In this document: in pieces, positions 9,026 to 17,533 of the stretch
Position numbering within the stretch: the stretch's first letter is position 1
Layout: each line of letters opens with the position of its first letter
DNA from: a virus
Taxonomy: Duplodnaviria > Caudoviricetes
DNA length: 34,635 nt
Direction: 5' to 3' (one strand)
IMG/VR virus record: IMGVR_UViG_3300032253_000025
Coordinates: 1 to 34,635 of that record
Program-made: the position numbers and the translations under genes
The notes under the pieces: generated by a model
Seen by the model: only the letters and a program-made list of their open reading frames with translations
Told to the model about the DNA's origin: nothing
Database searches by the model: none

Positions 9026-9027
9026 AA

Positions 9028-9195
9028 TTACTCGCCCTTTAAATAGTCGCTTATTTTCTGCATCACGTTAATAGTCGGATTCGCGTCCGGCTTGGTTATA
9101 TTCAGCACGGTTCCGTAGGATAGGCCGGTGGCTTCTGCCACAATGACCAGTTTCCGGTCTTTTAATTTTTCCTGAATCTCAGATAGTGAAAGCAT
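9028..9195 (-). CDS. Cro/XRE-like HTH regulator (55 aa)
   Basis: MLSLSEIQEKLKDRKLVIVAEATGLSYGTVLNITKPDANPTINVMQKISDYLKGE; RBS AAGGGG; first gene at the divergence point. Confidence 0.8.
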   Translation of the reverse strand: MLSLSEIQEKLKDRKLVIVAEATGLSYGTVLNITKPDANPTINVMQKISDYLKGE

Positions 9196-9233
9196 TTATT
9201 TCCCCTTAATATTAAAAAAGTGATAATTTATTG

Positions 9234-9262
9234 TTGACAGGTGTCAGTATATTGTGTAAATT
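9234..9262 (+). promoter_or_regulatory. Sigma70 early promoter 1
   Basis: TTGACA-N17-TAAATT with an AT-rich upstream region; palindrome TGACA-GG-TGTCA over the -35. Confidence 0.75.
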
Positions 9263-9318
9263 GTATCTTGTAAAGCGAAAAATCATTTTATTTAAACAAC
9301 ATAAAGCGAGAAAAAAAG

Positions 9319-9705
9319 ATGAATACAAGCAAAGTGAAAGCACTAACAGAAAAATGGATAGAAGCAAAAGGCGCTGAAAACGCCGCGCGGGAATTCCGCA
9401 TTGAGATAGAAGAAAAGCTGACCGCCATTCTGGGGGTTAAGCCCGAAGGATCAAAAACGCACACCGTTGAAAACTACAAAATAACAATCACCGGAAAAAT
9501 CAACCGCACGCTTGACGTTGCCCAATGGGAAAACATCAAGGATCAGATTGCCGAAGGGTTGCGCCCTGTCATTTATAAACCGTCCATTGATTTAACCGGG
9601 CTGCGTTATATCAAAAACAATGAGCCCGAAGTCTATAATATTGCGAGCCAAGCCATCACATCCAAGCCGGGCAAGCCTGGGGTTTCAATCAAGGAGTCTA
9701 AATGA
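9319..9705 (+). CDS. Hypothetical phage protein
   Basis: 128-aa ORF, first gene of the early operon. Confidence 0.75.
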   Translation: MNTSKVKALTEKWIEAKGAENAAREFRIEIEEKLTAILGVKPEGSKTHTVENYKITITGKINRTLDVAQWENIKDQIAEGLRPVIYKPSIDLTGLRYIKNNEPEVYNIASQAITSKPGKPGVSIKESK

Positions 9706-9893
9706 TGGCGACTAAACAGCAAATTGACATAACTAGATATCGTATGCTCGAACATCTGAAAGTTGTTCTGGATGATACCTTTGACGCTATCCGGGGATGT
9801 GATTCTAAACGGGTCTACAAACGCATGGAACAGGCAATCAAAATCACCGCCGATCTTTTGGAAGTGAGCAAACAGGGGAGGCTGACAGAATGA
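9702..9893 (+). CDS. Hypothetical protein
   Basis: AAGGAG RBS, packed between overlapping neighbours. Confidence 0.65.
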   Translation: MMATKQQIDITRYRMLEHLKVVLDDTFDAIRGCDSKRVYKRMEQAIKITADLLEVSKQGRLTE

Positions 9894-10057
9894 CAAGCGT
9901 AAAAATAATGGTTCCTATGGAAGTTGAGGTTTTCATTAATCCAGACGATGAAGCAAAAACCGCCGCACAGTTAACCATCATAGCGGACACAACAAATATG
10001 AAATTCAATGCAGAATTTTTATACGAACAACATCAAGCACAAAACGGGAGAAAATAA
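9890..10057 (+). CDS. Hypothetical protein (55 aa)
   Basis: GGAGG RBS and ATGA overlap; MTSVKIMVPMEVEVFINPDDE... Confidence 0.55.
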   Translation: MTSVKIMVPMEVEVFINPDDEAKTAAQLTIIADTTNMKFNAEFLYEQHQAQNGRK

Positions 10058-10135
10058 AATGGTAATACGGGAGTAAATGAAATGGTAATACGGGAGCAAA
10101 TAACATGGCAATACGGGAGTAAATGAAATGGCAAT
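10044..10135 (+). repeat. Four tandem 23-bp units, each with a Shine-Dalgarno and an ATG
   Basis: ACGGGAG-N8-ATGGYAAT at 10044, 10067, 10090 and 10113; the last ATG starts the ATPase gene. Confidence 0.92.
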
Positions 10136-10880
10136 ATCTTTAAAAAATCTGGAAAAAAACACCCCAAAGCCGCCACGGGTCACAATCCACGGTGGCCCAG
10201 GCATTGGAAAGACAACATTTGGCGCGATGGCAGAAAGCCCCGTATTTATACAAACAGAAGACGGGCTGGGAACGCTGGACGTGCCGACATTTCCGCTGGC
10301 TAAAAGTTTCGACGATGTTCTGGAGGCGCTTGCTGCGTTAGCCGAAGAAGACCACAAATATAAAACCGTGGTCATTGATTCCCTTGACTGGCTGGAGCCT
10401 TTAATATGGACGGCCACCTGTAACCGGATCGGCGTTAGCTCTATTGAGGCGGCAGGCTATGGCAAGGGATACACGGAAGCGCTGACAGAATGGCGGCAGT
10501 TTTTCGATAGCGTTACCTATTTACGCGATGAAAAGGCAATGACGATTATTATGATAGCGCATAGTCAGATCACACGTATCGAAGACCCTGAGCATCCGGC
10601 ATATGATAGCCACGGGCTTAAACTCCACAAAAGGGCGGCCGCGTTGACTGATGAATATAGTGATATTATCGGCTTTGCCTCGCTAGATAAAATCGTTAAA
10701 ACAGAAGACGCGGGCTTTAATCAAAAACGGACGCGCGCCATTGACACCGGCGAACATGTTTTACATTTAATAGGCTCGGCAGCCTTTACCGCCAAAAATC
10801 GGTATCAAATGCCTGCAAAAATACCGCTCGATTATGAGCAATTTGAAAACAACCTACCAAAAGCAAAACAGGGGAAATAG
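10128..10880 (+). CDS. Sak4-like AAA ATPase (ssDNA annealing/recombination)
   Basis: GGPGIGKTT, IQTEDG, TVVIDSLDWLE, GYGKGY, AKNRY; followed by an SSB-like gene. Confidence 0.85.
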   Translation: MAISLKNLEKNTPKPPRVTIHGGPGIGKTTFGAMAESPVFIQTEDGLGTLDVPTFPLAKSFDDVLEALAALAEEDHKYKTVVIDSLDWLEPLIWTATCNRIGVSSIEAAGYGKGYTEALTEWRQFFDSVTYLRDEKAMTIIMIAHSQITRIEDPEHPAYDSHGLKLHKRAAALTDEYSDIIGFASLDKIVKTEDAGFNQKRTRAIDTGEHVLHLIGSAAFTAKNRYQMPAKIPLDYEQFENNLPKAKQGK

Positions 10881-10884
10881 AAAA

Positions 10885-11343
10885 ATGGCTGAATTAAATT
10901 TTAATGCGAACGAAGTTGAACCGAGCAAAAGTTTTGAACCGATCCCGGCGGCAAAATATCCGATGATTTTTACAGAATCGGAAATGAAACCGACCAAAAA
11001 CGGCAAGGGGGAATATTTACAATTCACCGCCGAAGTAATTGAAGGTGAATATCAAGGGCGGCTAGTATGGGTCCGGTTAAATCTGGTGAACGATAACACG
11101 CAGGCCGTTGAGATTGCACAGCGGGAACTGTCCGCCATCTGTCACGCTGTCGGCATTATGAACCCAAAGGATTCGTGCGAGCTGCATGACAAGCCCTTCA
11201 TTGCTAAAGTTGGCATCCAGCCTGCGTCGGGTCAATATGACGCCAGCAATGAAATAAAGGACTATGAGCAATACAGCGGGACAACGACAACGGAAACGAA
11301 AGAAGCCGCCCCCGCTGCGAAAAAGAAGCCGTGGGAAAAGTAA
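10885..11343 (+). CDS. DUF669-like ssDNA-binding protein
   Basis: FEPIPA.KY, K.TKNGKGEYL, GEYQGR.VW..LNL, AVEIAQREL, NEIKDY, PW tail; start ATG 10885. Confidence 0.8.
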   Translation: MAELNFNANEVEPSKSFEPIPAAKYPMIFTESEMKPTKNGKGEYLQFTAEVIEGEYQGRLVWVRLNLVNDNTQAVEIAQRELSAICHAVGIMNPKDSCELHDKPFIAKVGIQPASGQYDASNEIKDYEQYSGTTTTETKEAAPAAKKKPWEK

Positions 11344-11359
11344 TACATATTGTTAAGTT

Positions 11360-11454
11360 TATTAACGTCAAGTATGGCGCAATGGTCACCGTAAGGCTCC
11401 CACAGGGGGCCGGTGGCTGGTGCGCCGGGAGCGTTAATACTTGCCTTGAGTATT
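11360..11454 (+). other. Intergenic nested stem-loop, candidate structured RNA
   Basis: TATTAACG/CGTTAATA, GGCGCA/TGCGCC, GGTCACCG/CGGTGGCT and GCTCC/GGGGC form nested pairs. Confidence 0.55.
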
Positions 11455-11503
11455 CACGAAAAATCATACGGGCTTATAATGATGAACGAAATGGGGCTAA
11501 ATA

Positions 11504-12526
11504 ATGGCTAATTTACCAGACCAAACACCGCCGACCGTGCAGGCTATATATGACACATATATTGCACGCAATGAGGAATGGAGGCGCGCCCACCTGGGGG
11601 CGTCCCTGATCGGCCGCGAATGTAACCGGGAGTTGTGGTATTCCTTTCGCTGGAGTCAAAAGCCGGATTTTAGTGGCCGTCTGTTGCGCTTATTTGAAAC
11701 CGGCCATCTTGCCGAGCCGCGATTAACTAAAAATCTGCGCGATGCTGGCATCAAAGTAATTGACACCGATCAGGAAACCGGCGAGCAATTTGTTTTTAGG
11801 GATTGTGGCGGCCACATGGGCGGATCAATGGACGGCTGCGCGCACGGGTTTGTCGAGTCTAAAAAATGGCACGTTCTGGAATATAAAACAATCAATGACA
11901 AAGGGTTTGCAGCGCTTAAACGCCACGGCGTTAGAAAAGAAAAGCCCGAACATTTTGCACAAATGCAGTGCTATATGCACTGGTCTGGAATGTATTGCGC
12001 GTATTATTTTTGTGTGAATAAAAACACCGATGAAATATATGGCGAACGGGTTAAGTTTGATAAAAAAACCGCCATGACCTTTATAGCAAAAGGCGACTTA
12101 ATTATATATTCACCGAAGCCGCTGGACAAAATAACCGATGATCCAGCTTTTTATAAATGTAAATTTTGTGATTATTCCGACATTTGCCACCGGAACAAGC
12201 TGCCCGAAATAAACTGCCGAACCTGTGCGCATTCAACGCCAATGAGAGAAAACGGCGAATGGGGTTGCGAAAAACACAACAAGAAAATATCTTTTTCTGA
12301 ACAGTGCGCGGGCTGTCAAAGTCACGTGTATAACCCGGCATTTATTCCGCTGTCTGTTATCGACGCCGACGCAAAAAAAGGCACAATTACTTATGAGGAA
12401 AATATTATCAACGGCGCGGGTGGTTACAGTAGCCAGGAAATGCGGGACGTTGACGGCGATTTAAAGGTGCTGGCTGATCCTTTCGTGGTCGAGTTGAAAG
12501 AAACAATGGGGGTGAGGGTCGAATGA
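11504..12526 (+). CDS. Cas4-like PD-(D/E)xK exonuclease with Fe-S-type cysteines
   Basis: HLGASLIGREC.R.LWY, GSMDG, LEYKT, QMQCYM, CKFCDYSDIC, extra CRTCAH. Confidence 0.85.
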   Translation: MANLPDQTPPTVQAIYDTYIARNEEWRRAHLGASLIGRECNRELWYSFRWSQKPDFSGRLLRLFETGHLAEPRLTKNLRDAGIKVIDTDQETGEQFVFRDCGGHMGGSMDGCAHGFVESKKWHVLEYKTINDKGFAALKRHGVRKEKPEHFAQMQCYMHWSGMYCAYYFCVNKNTDEIYGERVKFDKKTAMTFIAKGDLIIYSPKPLDKITDDPAFYKCKFCDYSDICHRNKLPEINCRTCAHSTPMRENGEWGCEKHNKKISFSEQCAGCQSHVYNPAFIPLSVIDADAKKGTITYEENIINGAGGYSSQEMRDVDGDLKVLADPFVVELKETMGVRVE

Positions 12527-13503
12527 TTGAATTATTAAATATGGACTGCATGGAGTACATGAAGGGATGTAAGGACAACGAGTTTGATCTGATAATAGCA
12601 GATCCCCCGTATTTTGAAACAAAAGGAGAATTTGATTATATATGGTCGTCATTTGATGAATATTTGTCCATTGTAGAGCAATGGGCGGGCGAAATATCAC
12701 GTATATTAAAAGATTCTGGAACACTTTATTGGTGGGGCGATGATAAGAACATAGCCTATACTCAGTTAATTTTAGATAAAAAACTGAATTTATTAAACAG
12801 CCTCGTTTGGTATAAAAAGAATTTAAGTGGCGGAATGTTTGGTAGTGCTGGCGGCGATACTGTAAGAAGTTACCCAATTTGTACGGAAAGGGCGCTAGTG
12901 TATGCAAAGGATAAATTAAATCTGACTGAATGTATTTATTTTATTAGGGATTACATAAGAAGCGAAATAATAAAGGCAAAAGGGCGTATTAATTTAAAAG
13001 ATATAAATAAATCATTGGGAACTGCAACAAACGGTGGCGGCGTTGCATCTGCGGTTCTTAGTCTTAAAAAAGATGCGCCGACAATGATAACAAAAGACAT
13101 GTATATAAAACTTCAAAATTGGTGCGCGCCTTACATGAAAAAAGAATACGAAAAGCTTAGAGCGGAATACGAAAAGCTTAGAGCGGAATACGAAAAGCTT
13201 AGAAGGCCATTTAATAACTGTTTAAATCTTACTGAAGTTTTAATTTTCGACCAGCCGATATCAGGTAAAGATAAATCATTTCACCCAACCCCAAAAGCCC
13301 CAAAAGTTATAGATGCTATTGTCAGGACTTCGGGTAAAAAAGGCGGCAAAGCATTAATTCCTTTTATGGGAGGCGGAACCGAAGTAATAGAATGTTTTAG
13401 ATTCGGCATGAATACCATCGGAATAGAAATAGACGAAGATTATTACAAGGCAGCTTGTGAGCGTTTTGATAATGAAACAAAGCAGAAGGCGATGGATTTA
13501 TGA
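12523..13503 (+). CDS. Orphan N6-adenine/N4-cytosine DNA methyltransferase (beta class)
   Basis: LIIADPPY, HPTPK, PFMGGGT, IGIEID motif order. Confidence 0.9.
   Translation: MIELLNMDCMEYMKGCKDNEFDLIIADPPYFETKGEFDYIWSSFDEYLSIVEQWAGEISRILKDSGTLYWWGDDKNIAYTQLILDKKLNLLNSLVWYKKNLSGGMFGSAGGDTVRSYPICTERALVYAKDKLNLTECIYFIRDYIRSEIIKAKGRINLKDINKSLGTATNGGGVASAVLSLKKDAPTMITKDMYIKLQNWCAPYMKKEYEKLRAEYEKLRAEYEKLRRPFNNCLNLTEVLIFDQPISGKDKSFHPTPKAPKVIDAIVRTSGKKGGKALIPFMGGGTEVIECFRFGMNTIGIEIDEDYYKAACERFDNETKQKAMDL
13144..13203 (+). repeat. 21-bp tandem repeat (about 2.9 copies) within the methyltransferase
   Basis: gaatacgaaaagcttagagcg encoding EYEKLRA heptads. Confidence 0.9.
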
Positions 13504-15098
13504 TAACCCTCCGCCCCTATCAAAATGAAGCCGTGGACAGTCTGCTTGATTTTTGGCTTGAAGGCCGAAGCAATGGCTTGATTGTTGCCCCGTGTGGGGC
13601 GGGTAAGAGTCTGATTATTGCTGACATAATAAAGCGCTGTTTAGCCATCGACGAAGACGTGCGAATAATTGTATTAGCTCACCGGCGGAAACTACTCGAG
13701 CAAAACGCGGCCGAATTGTCGTTGCTTCATCCGGGCGCTAATTATGGATTTTATTCGGCCGGGCTTAATCGAAAAGACAAGGATAAAAATATATTATTTG
13801 CAAGCATTCAGACCATAGCCAAGCAGGTAACAAAATTCGAGCCGTGGAATATTATCTTAATAGACGAAGCCCATCTGATCCCAAATAAAACCGCCACGCA
13901 ATACGGGCATTTTTTGCACCATGCTAAATTAATGAATCCATATACCCGAATGGGGGGATTAACCGCCACACCATACCGGCTGGACTCTGGCCACCTGGTT
14001 AACGGCGGGCTGTTCGATAAAATTGTTTATGATATAAAATTGCCCTTTTTGATTGAAAAAGGTTATTTGTGCCCGGTAATCAGTAAGGGCGGCACAGACC
14101 ATGCCGATCTATCAAACGTCCATAAACGGGGCGGCGACTTTATCTTGTCTGAAATGGCGGCTGCATTCGATCAAAAAGAGCTGACAAACAGGGCGTGTGA
14201 TGAAATAGCGTCCTATGGCCGGGACCGTAAAGCCTGGCTGATATTCTGCGCCAGTGTCGCCCACGCTGAACACGTCACAGACGCCCTAAAAGATCGCGGT
14301 ATAGATTGCGCTCTGGTTCACGCTAAAACGCCACGGGGCGAACAGGACAAGCTATTTGCCGACTTTAAAGCCGGGCGCTTGCGCTGCTTGGTAAACGTCG
14401 ATTTATTGACGGTCGGCTCAAATTTCCCTATTTGTGACATGGGCGTGCTGCTTCGGTCTACTGAATCGGCGGCGCTATATGTTCAAATTGTCGGCCGACT
14501 CATGCGCACGCATCCAGGTAAAACAAACGCCCTTTTATTGGATTACGGCCAAAACGTCGAGCGGCTTGGCCCGATTGACGCTGTTCGCGTTAAATCAAAA
14601 GGCGCGGGGGGTGAAGGTGAAGCCCCGGCGAAAGAATGCCCGGAATGCAAAAGCGTTGTACATGCAGGCCTCAGACAATGCCCGGACTGTGGCCATGAAT
14701 TCCCCCCGCCCGAAGTAGTACACGCGCCCACGGCGTACAGCGGGGCGGTGATGGCCGAACAAATACAGCCCGAGTGGGTCCAGGTTTTTGATGTTACTTA
14801 TAAGCGCCACAAGAAAAAGGGCAAGCCGGACAGTTTAAAAATAACGTATTTTTGCGGCATTCGGGGTGTTCGGGCATTCAGTCAATGGGTCTGCATTGAA
14901 CATACCGGGGCGGCAAAATATAAAGCGTCGTTATTTTTAAACAAGATCGGCTCAAAGGCTAAAACGGTCACTGATGCGCTCAATGAATGCAATGAATGGC
15001 CATCACCTGATGCCATACAAATAAAACCGAATGGAAAATACACGGATATATTAAATATACAATACTGTTCTGAAAAAGGGGAACGTCATGCGAGTTAA
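13500..15098 (+). CDS. Superfamily 2 DEAH helicase (RadD/YejH-like) with zinc ribbon
   Basis: LRPYQ, APCGAGKS, IDEAH, LTATP, QIVGRLMR, CPEC..CPDC. Confidence 0.92.
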   Translation: MITLRPYQNEAVDSLLDFWLEGRSNGLIVAPCGAGKSLIIADIIKRCLAIDEDVRIIVLAHRRKLLEQNAAELSLLHPGANYGFYSAGLNRKDKDKNILFASIQTIAKQVTKFEPWNIILIDEAHLIPNKTATQYGHFLHHAKLMNPYTRMGGLTATPYRLDSGHLVNGGLFDKIVYDIKLPFLIEKGYLCPVISKGGTDHADLSNVHKRGGDFILSEMAAAFDQKELTNRACDEIASYGRDRKAWLIFCASVAHAEHVTDALKDRGIDCALVHAKTPRGEQDKLFADFKAGRLRCLVNVDLLTVGSNFPICDMGVLLRSTESAALYVQIVGRLMRTHPGKTNALLLDYGQNVERLGPIDAVRVKSKGAGGEGEAPAKECPECKSVVHAGLRQCPDCGHEFPPPEVVHAPTAYSGAVMAEQIQPEWVQVFDVTYKRHKKKGKPDSLKITYFCGIRGVRAFSQWVCIEHTGAAKYKASLFLNKIGSKAKTVTDALNECNEWPSPDAIQIKPNGKYTDILNIQYCSEKGERHAS

Positions 15099-15237
15099 TA
15101 TTTTTTTGAAATTAATGGGTCTTGTTATGTGTTTAATCGCGGTTATGGTCTACCCGCAAACACACAGCCCCGTCTATATCATTGTCGGCGTGGTCGGCCT
15201 TCTGGTGTTTGTTGCGGGGCGATTAAATGACCACTAA
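15088..15237 (+). CDS. Small two-TM membrane protein (49 aa)
   Basis: AAGGGG RBS; MRVNIFLKLMGLVMCLIAVMVYPQTHSPVYIIVGVVGLLVFVAGRLNDH. Confidence 0.55.
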   Translation: MRVNIFLKLMGLVMCLIAVMVYPQTHSPVYIIVGVVGLLVFVAGRLNDH

Positions 15238-15403
15238 AGCAGAAGCCGAACAATGGCGAAAAGGTAAAGACGCCCGCGCGCCTGTTTGCTGCTGGACGTG
15301 TGACAACCGGGAAAAGGCTTATTGCAATTTCTGGTTTGATATTATTCCCGAAGAATTTTACGGGATCGGGTGCGGGGAATGGGTTCCCGAAATACCATTT
15401 TGA
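15227..15403 (+). CDS. Small Cys-rich protein ending in EIPF (58 aa)
   Basis: MTTKAEAEQWRKGKDARAPVCCWTCDNREKAYCNFWFDIIPEEFYGIGCGEWVPEIPF. Confidence 0.65.
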   Translation: MTTKAEAEQWRKGKDARAPVCCWTCDNREKAYCNFWFDIIPEEFYGIGCGEWVPEIPF

Positions 15404-15747
15404 AGGGGGTTATACCAACTGAACACGCCGAACAGGTCGGTTTTGTCCTGTGGTTCCGGCTAAAGTTTCCGGGTGTGTTGATATACGCCATACCCAATGG
15501 CGAAAAACGATCAATGAGCGTAGCCAAGCGCTTAAAAGCCGAGGGCGTCACGCCTGGCATTCCTGATCTGCACATACCCGCCTGGAAGCTATGGGTTGAA
15601 ATGAAGCGACAAAAGGGCGGGCGGCTGTCGGACGATCAGAAACAGGTCGTTGATTACCTTGAGAGTATCGGCGACCGGGTTATTGTTGGCCTCGGGGCGC
15701 TTGATGCAAGTACACAAATAATGGAGATTTTAAACGATGAAATATGA
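15379..15747 (+). CDS. VRR-NUC domain nuclease (putative Holliday junction resolvase)
   Basis: TEH.EQ, AIPNG, LKAEGV.PGIPDL, VEMK...GRLS..Q; start uncertain. Confidence 0.85.
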   Translation: MGSRNTILKGVIPTEHAEQVGFVLWFRLKFPGVLIYAIPNGEKRSMSVAKRLKAEGVTPGIPDLHIPAWKLWVEMKRQKGGRLSDDQKQVVDYLESIGDRVIVGLGALDASTQIMEILNDEI

Positions 15748-15865
15748 AAGACGATATCAATATATCAAGCACATTTGCGAAGGGTGGCAATGGGACGGGC
15801 GCTATTTCCACAAAGACGGACAGCGGTTATATATTGCTGAAAACGGGGAAATACAAGAAAAGTAA
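15737..15865 (+). CDS. Small hypothetical protein (42 aa)
   Basis: GGAG RBS; MKYERRYQYIKHICEGWQWDG... Confidence 0.45.
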   Translation: MKYERRYQYIKHICEGWQWDGRYFHKDGQRLYIAENGEIQEK

Positions 15866-15875
15866 TACTTTATTG

Positions 15876-15904
15876 TTGACAAGGTGCAATATATTGTATA
15901 TATT
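15876..15904 (+). promoter_or_regulatory. Sigma70 early promoter 2
   Basis: TTGACA-N17-TATATT; 39/48 identical to the promoter 1 region. Confidence 0.75.
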
Positions 15905-15939
15905 GAATGTGTAAGTTAAATAAATGAAAGGGATAAATA

Positions 15940-16242
15940 ATGAGCAAGACTAAAGAGAAAACAAAAGAATATATCAAAATAATGCAGGCTTATTTGGATG
16001 GCAAGAAAATAGAGTTTAGAAACCGGGCCGGTGACACCATCTGGAGGCCAGCAGATAAAAATCATGGCTGGAATTTTCACGATGTTGAATATCGCATCAA
16101 GCCTGAGCCGCGCGAATTTTGGCTTAATGTTTATCCTGACGGTAGTTTGTTCGCGCACTTCTGCCCTGAGTCAGCAGTTCATATTTTAAGTAACGGCGAA
16201 ACAATAAAAGTCATTGAGGTGCTTGACGATGACAGCGAATAA
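15940..16242 (+). CDS. Hypothetical phage protein
   Basis: MQAYLDGKKIE..W...WNF...YRIKPEPREFW pattern common in phage early genes. Confidence 0.75.
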   Translation: MSKTKEKTKEYIKIMQAYLDGKKIEFRNRAGDTIWRPADKNHGWNFHDVEYRIKPEPREFWLNVYPDGSLFAHFCPESAVHILSNGETIKVIEVLDDDSE

Positions 16243-16411
16243 TCTCAACCAACGCGAAGTATTAGCAAAAATGCGGGCAGTAACGAAAGAATTTTATTGC
16301 GGTTCCTGCGGACTCATGCGGCCTATATCCAGCGAAGTAAAGCGCGGGGCTAAACGGTCTGTCTGTAAAACATGCAAGCAGCAAATTGACGAACGGATCG
16401 CGGCGCGATGA
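16229..16411 (+). CDS. Small zinc-finger protein
   Basis: CGSC...CKTC; GAGG RBS before ATG 16229. Confidence 0.65.
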   Translation: MTANNLNQREVLAKMRAVTKEFYCGSCGLMRPISSEVKRGAKRSVCKTCKQQIDERIAAR

Positions 16412-16475
16412 ACTACGACGGGCTAGAGATACCCTTGCCGACTGAGGAAGACACGGACTATTGTGGAGAGTAGGA

Positions 16476-16889
16476 ATGATGGATGATCTTTGGTCAGATA
16501 AAGTTACGCCAGAGCGTTGTGTTGAATATGAATATGATAAAGTTATTTATAATTTATATGAAGATATACAATGCTTAAAAGAAGAAATTAATGAACTTAA
16601 ATCTACAAACGAGAAGCTAAAAAAAGAGCGTGTAAATTTATTAGATCAGAATACAAGAATACAAGAATCTGATTTAAGGTTTAACAATGCGTATTTAAAA
16701 CATCAAGTTTCATGGTGGTTAAAAGCAATAAGAGAATCAGAAAAAGGACACTTGCGTAAAAATAAAAAAATAAAAAAGCTTGCTGATGAAAATTCAAAAT
16801 TAAAAGTAATGCTTGCAGAAGCTAATGCACATATTGCGATGAACAAAAAGGGGGTAGATGATGAACATATACATAGTACACGCATATAG
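16476..16889 (+). CDS. Hypothetical coiled-coil protein
   Basis: AT-rich ORF with K/E/L heptads; start likely ATG 16476 or 16479. Confidence 0.65.
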   Translation: MMDDLWSDKVTPERCVEYEYDKVIYNLYEDIQCLKEEINELKSTNEKLKKERVNLLDQNTRIQESDLRFNNAYLKHQVSWWLKAIRESEKGHLRKNKKIKKLADENSKLKVMLAEANAHIAMNKKGVDDEHIHSTRI

Positions 16890-17142
16890 ATGGGGCGATA
16901 AAGAAAGACATAGCTATCATGTGGGAGTGTACACATTAAAATCACTTGCAATAAAAGCCGCTGCTGATGAAGAAGAATGGCGCGGTGGCAAGTATAAATG
17001 TGAAATTATCGAATGTGTTCCCGATAGTAAAAACAAAGATAAAAGCCCGGGAAACCCTTATGTGATTATAAAGGCATTGCCTAAAATTAACAGGCTTGAG
17101 CAATACAAAAAGAAATGTGAGGAGAAAGACAATGAGCAATGA
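16858..17142 (+). CDS. Hypothetical protein
   Basis: 94-aa ORF with RBS. Confidence 0.65.
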   Translation: MMNIYIVHAYRWGDKERHSYHVGVYTLKSLAIKAAADEEEWRGGKYKCEIIECVPDSKNKDKSPGNPYVIIKALPKINRLEQYKKKCEEKDNEQ

Positions 17143-17533
17143 ACTGGAACAAATAAAACAGAAGCAAAAAGAGTTAGATGAATTGATAGCACGTCTGGAA
17201 AGTAAACAGGAGTGGATTCCTGCTGATGGGCAGGTTGTATTAGTTGGTAATGATGATGTAGCGAGAGTATCAACCGGAAAGCTGAATAGACATGGATCGA
17301 TCCTTTGCTACTCTGAAAAAAATAGTAGTATCGCTTGGGAAACATGGAAACCAGCAAAACACATCCCGTCAGTGCTGAATAAAATCCCGCATGATGGTAG
17401 TAAAGAAAGCCCGATAGCTGATGGGGTTGAGCATATTGCTAAGTATAATATTGGTGGTCTTGCCGACGGCAAAAAAGCAAGTGATAGAGATTGGCCTAGA
17501 GTCGAATGGTACGCTATTCTGGAGAGTGAGTGA
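17132..17533 (+). CDS. Hypothetical protein
   Basis: GAGGAG RBS before MSNELEQ. Confidence 0.65.
   Translation: MSNELEQIKQKQKELDELIARLESKQEWIPADGQVVLVGNDDVARVSTGKLNRHGSILCYSEKNSSIAWETWKPAKHIPSVLNKIPHDGSKESPIADGVEHIAKYNIGGLADGKKASDRDWPRVEWYAILESE

Noticed and set aside
10044-10135. Mini CRISPR array near a Cas4-like gene
   Set aside because: Variable parts are only 8 nt and resemble each other, there is no cas1/cas2, and Cas4-like nucleases are ordinary in phage recombination modules
11360-11454. tRNA gene
   Set aside because: No cloverleaf, T-loop GTTC motif or CCA end; it folds as a single long hairpin
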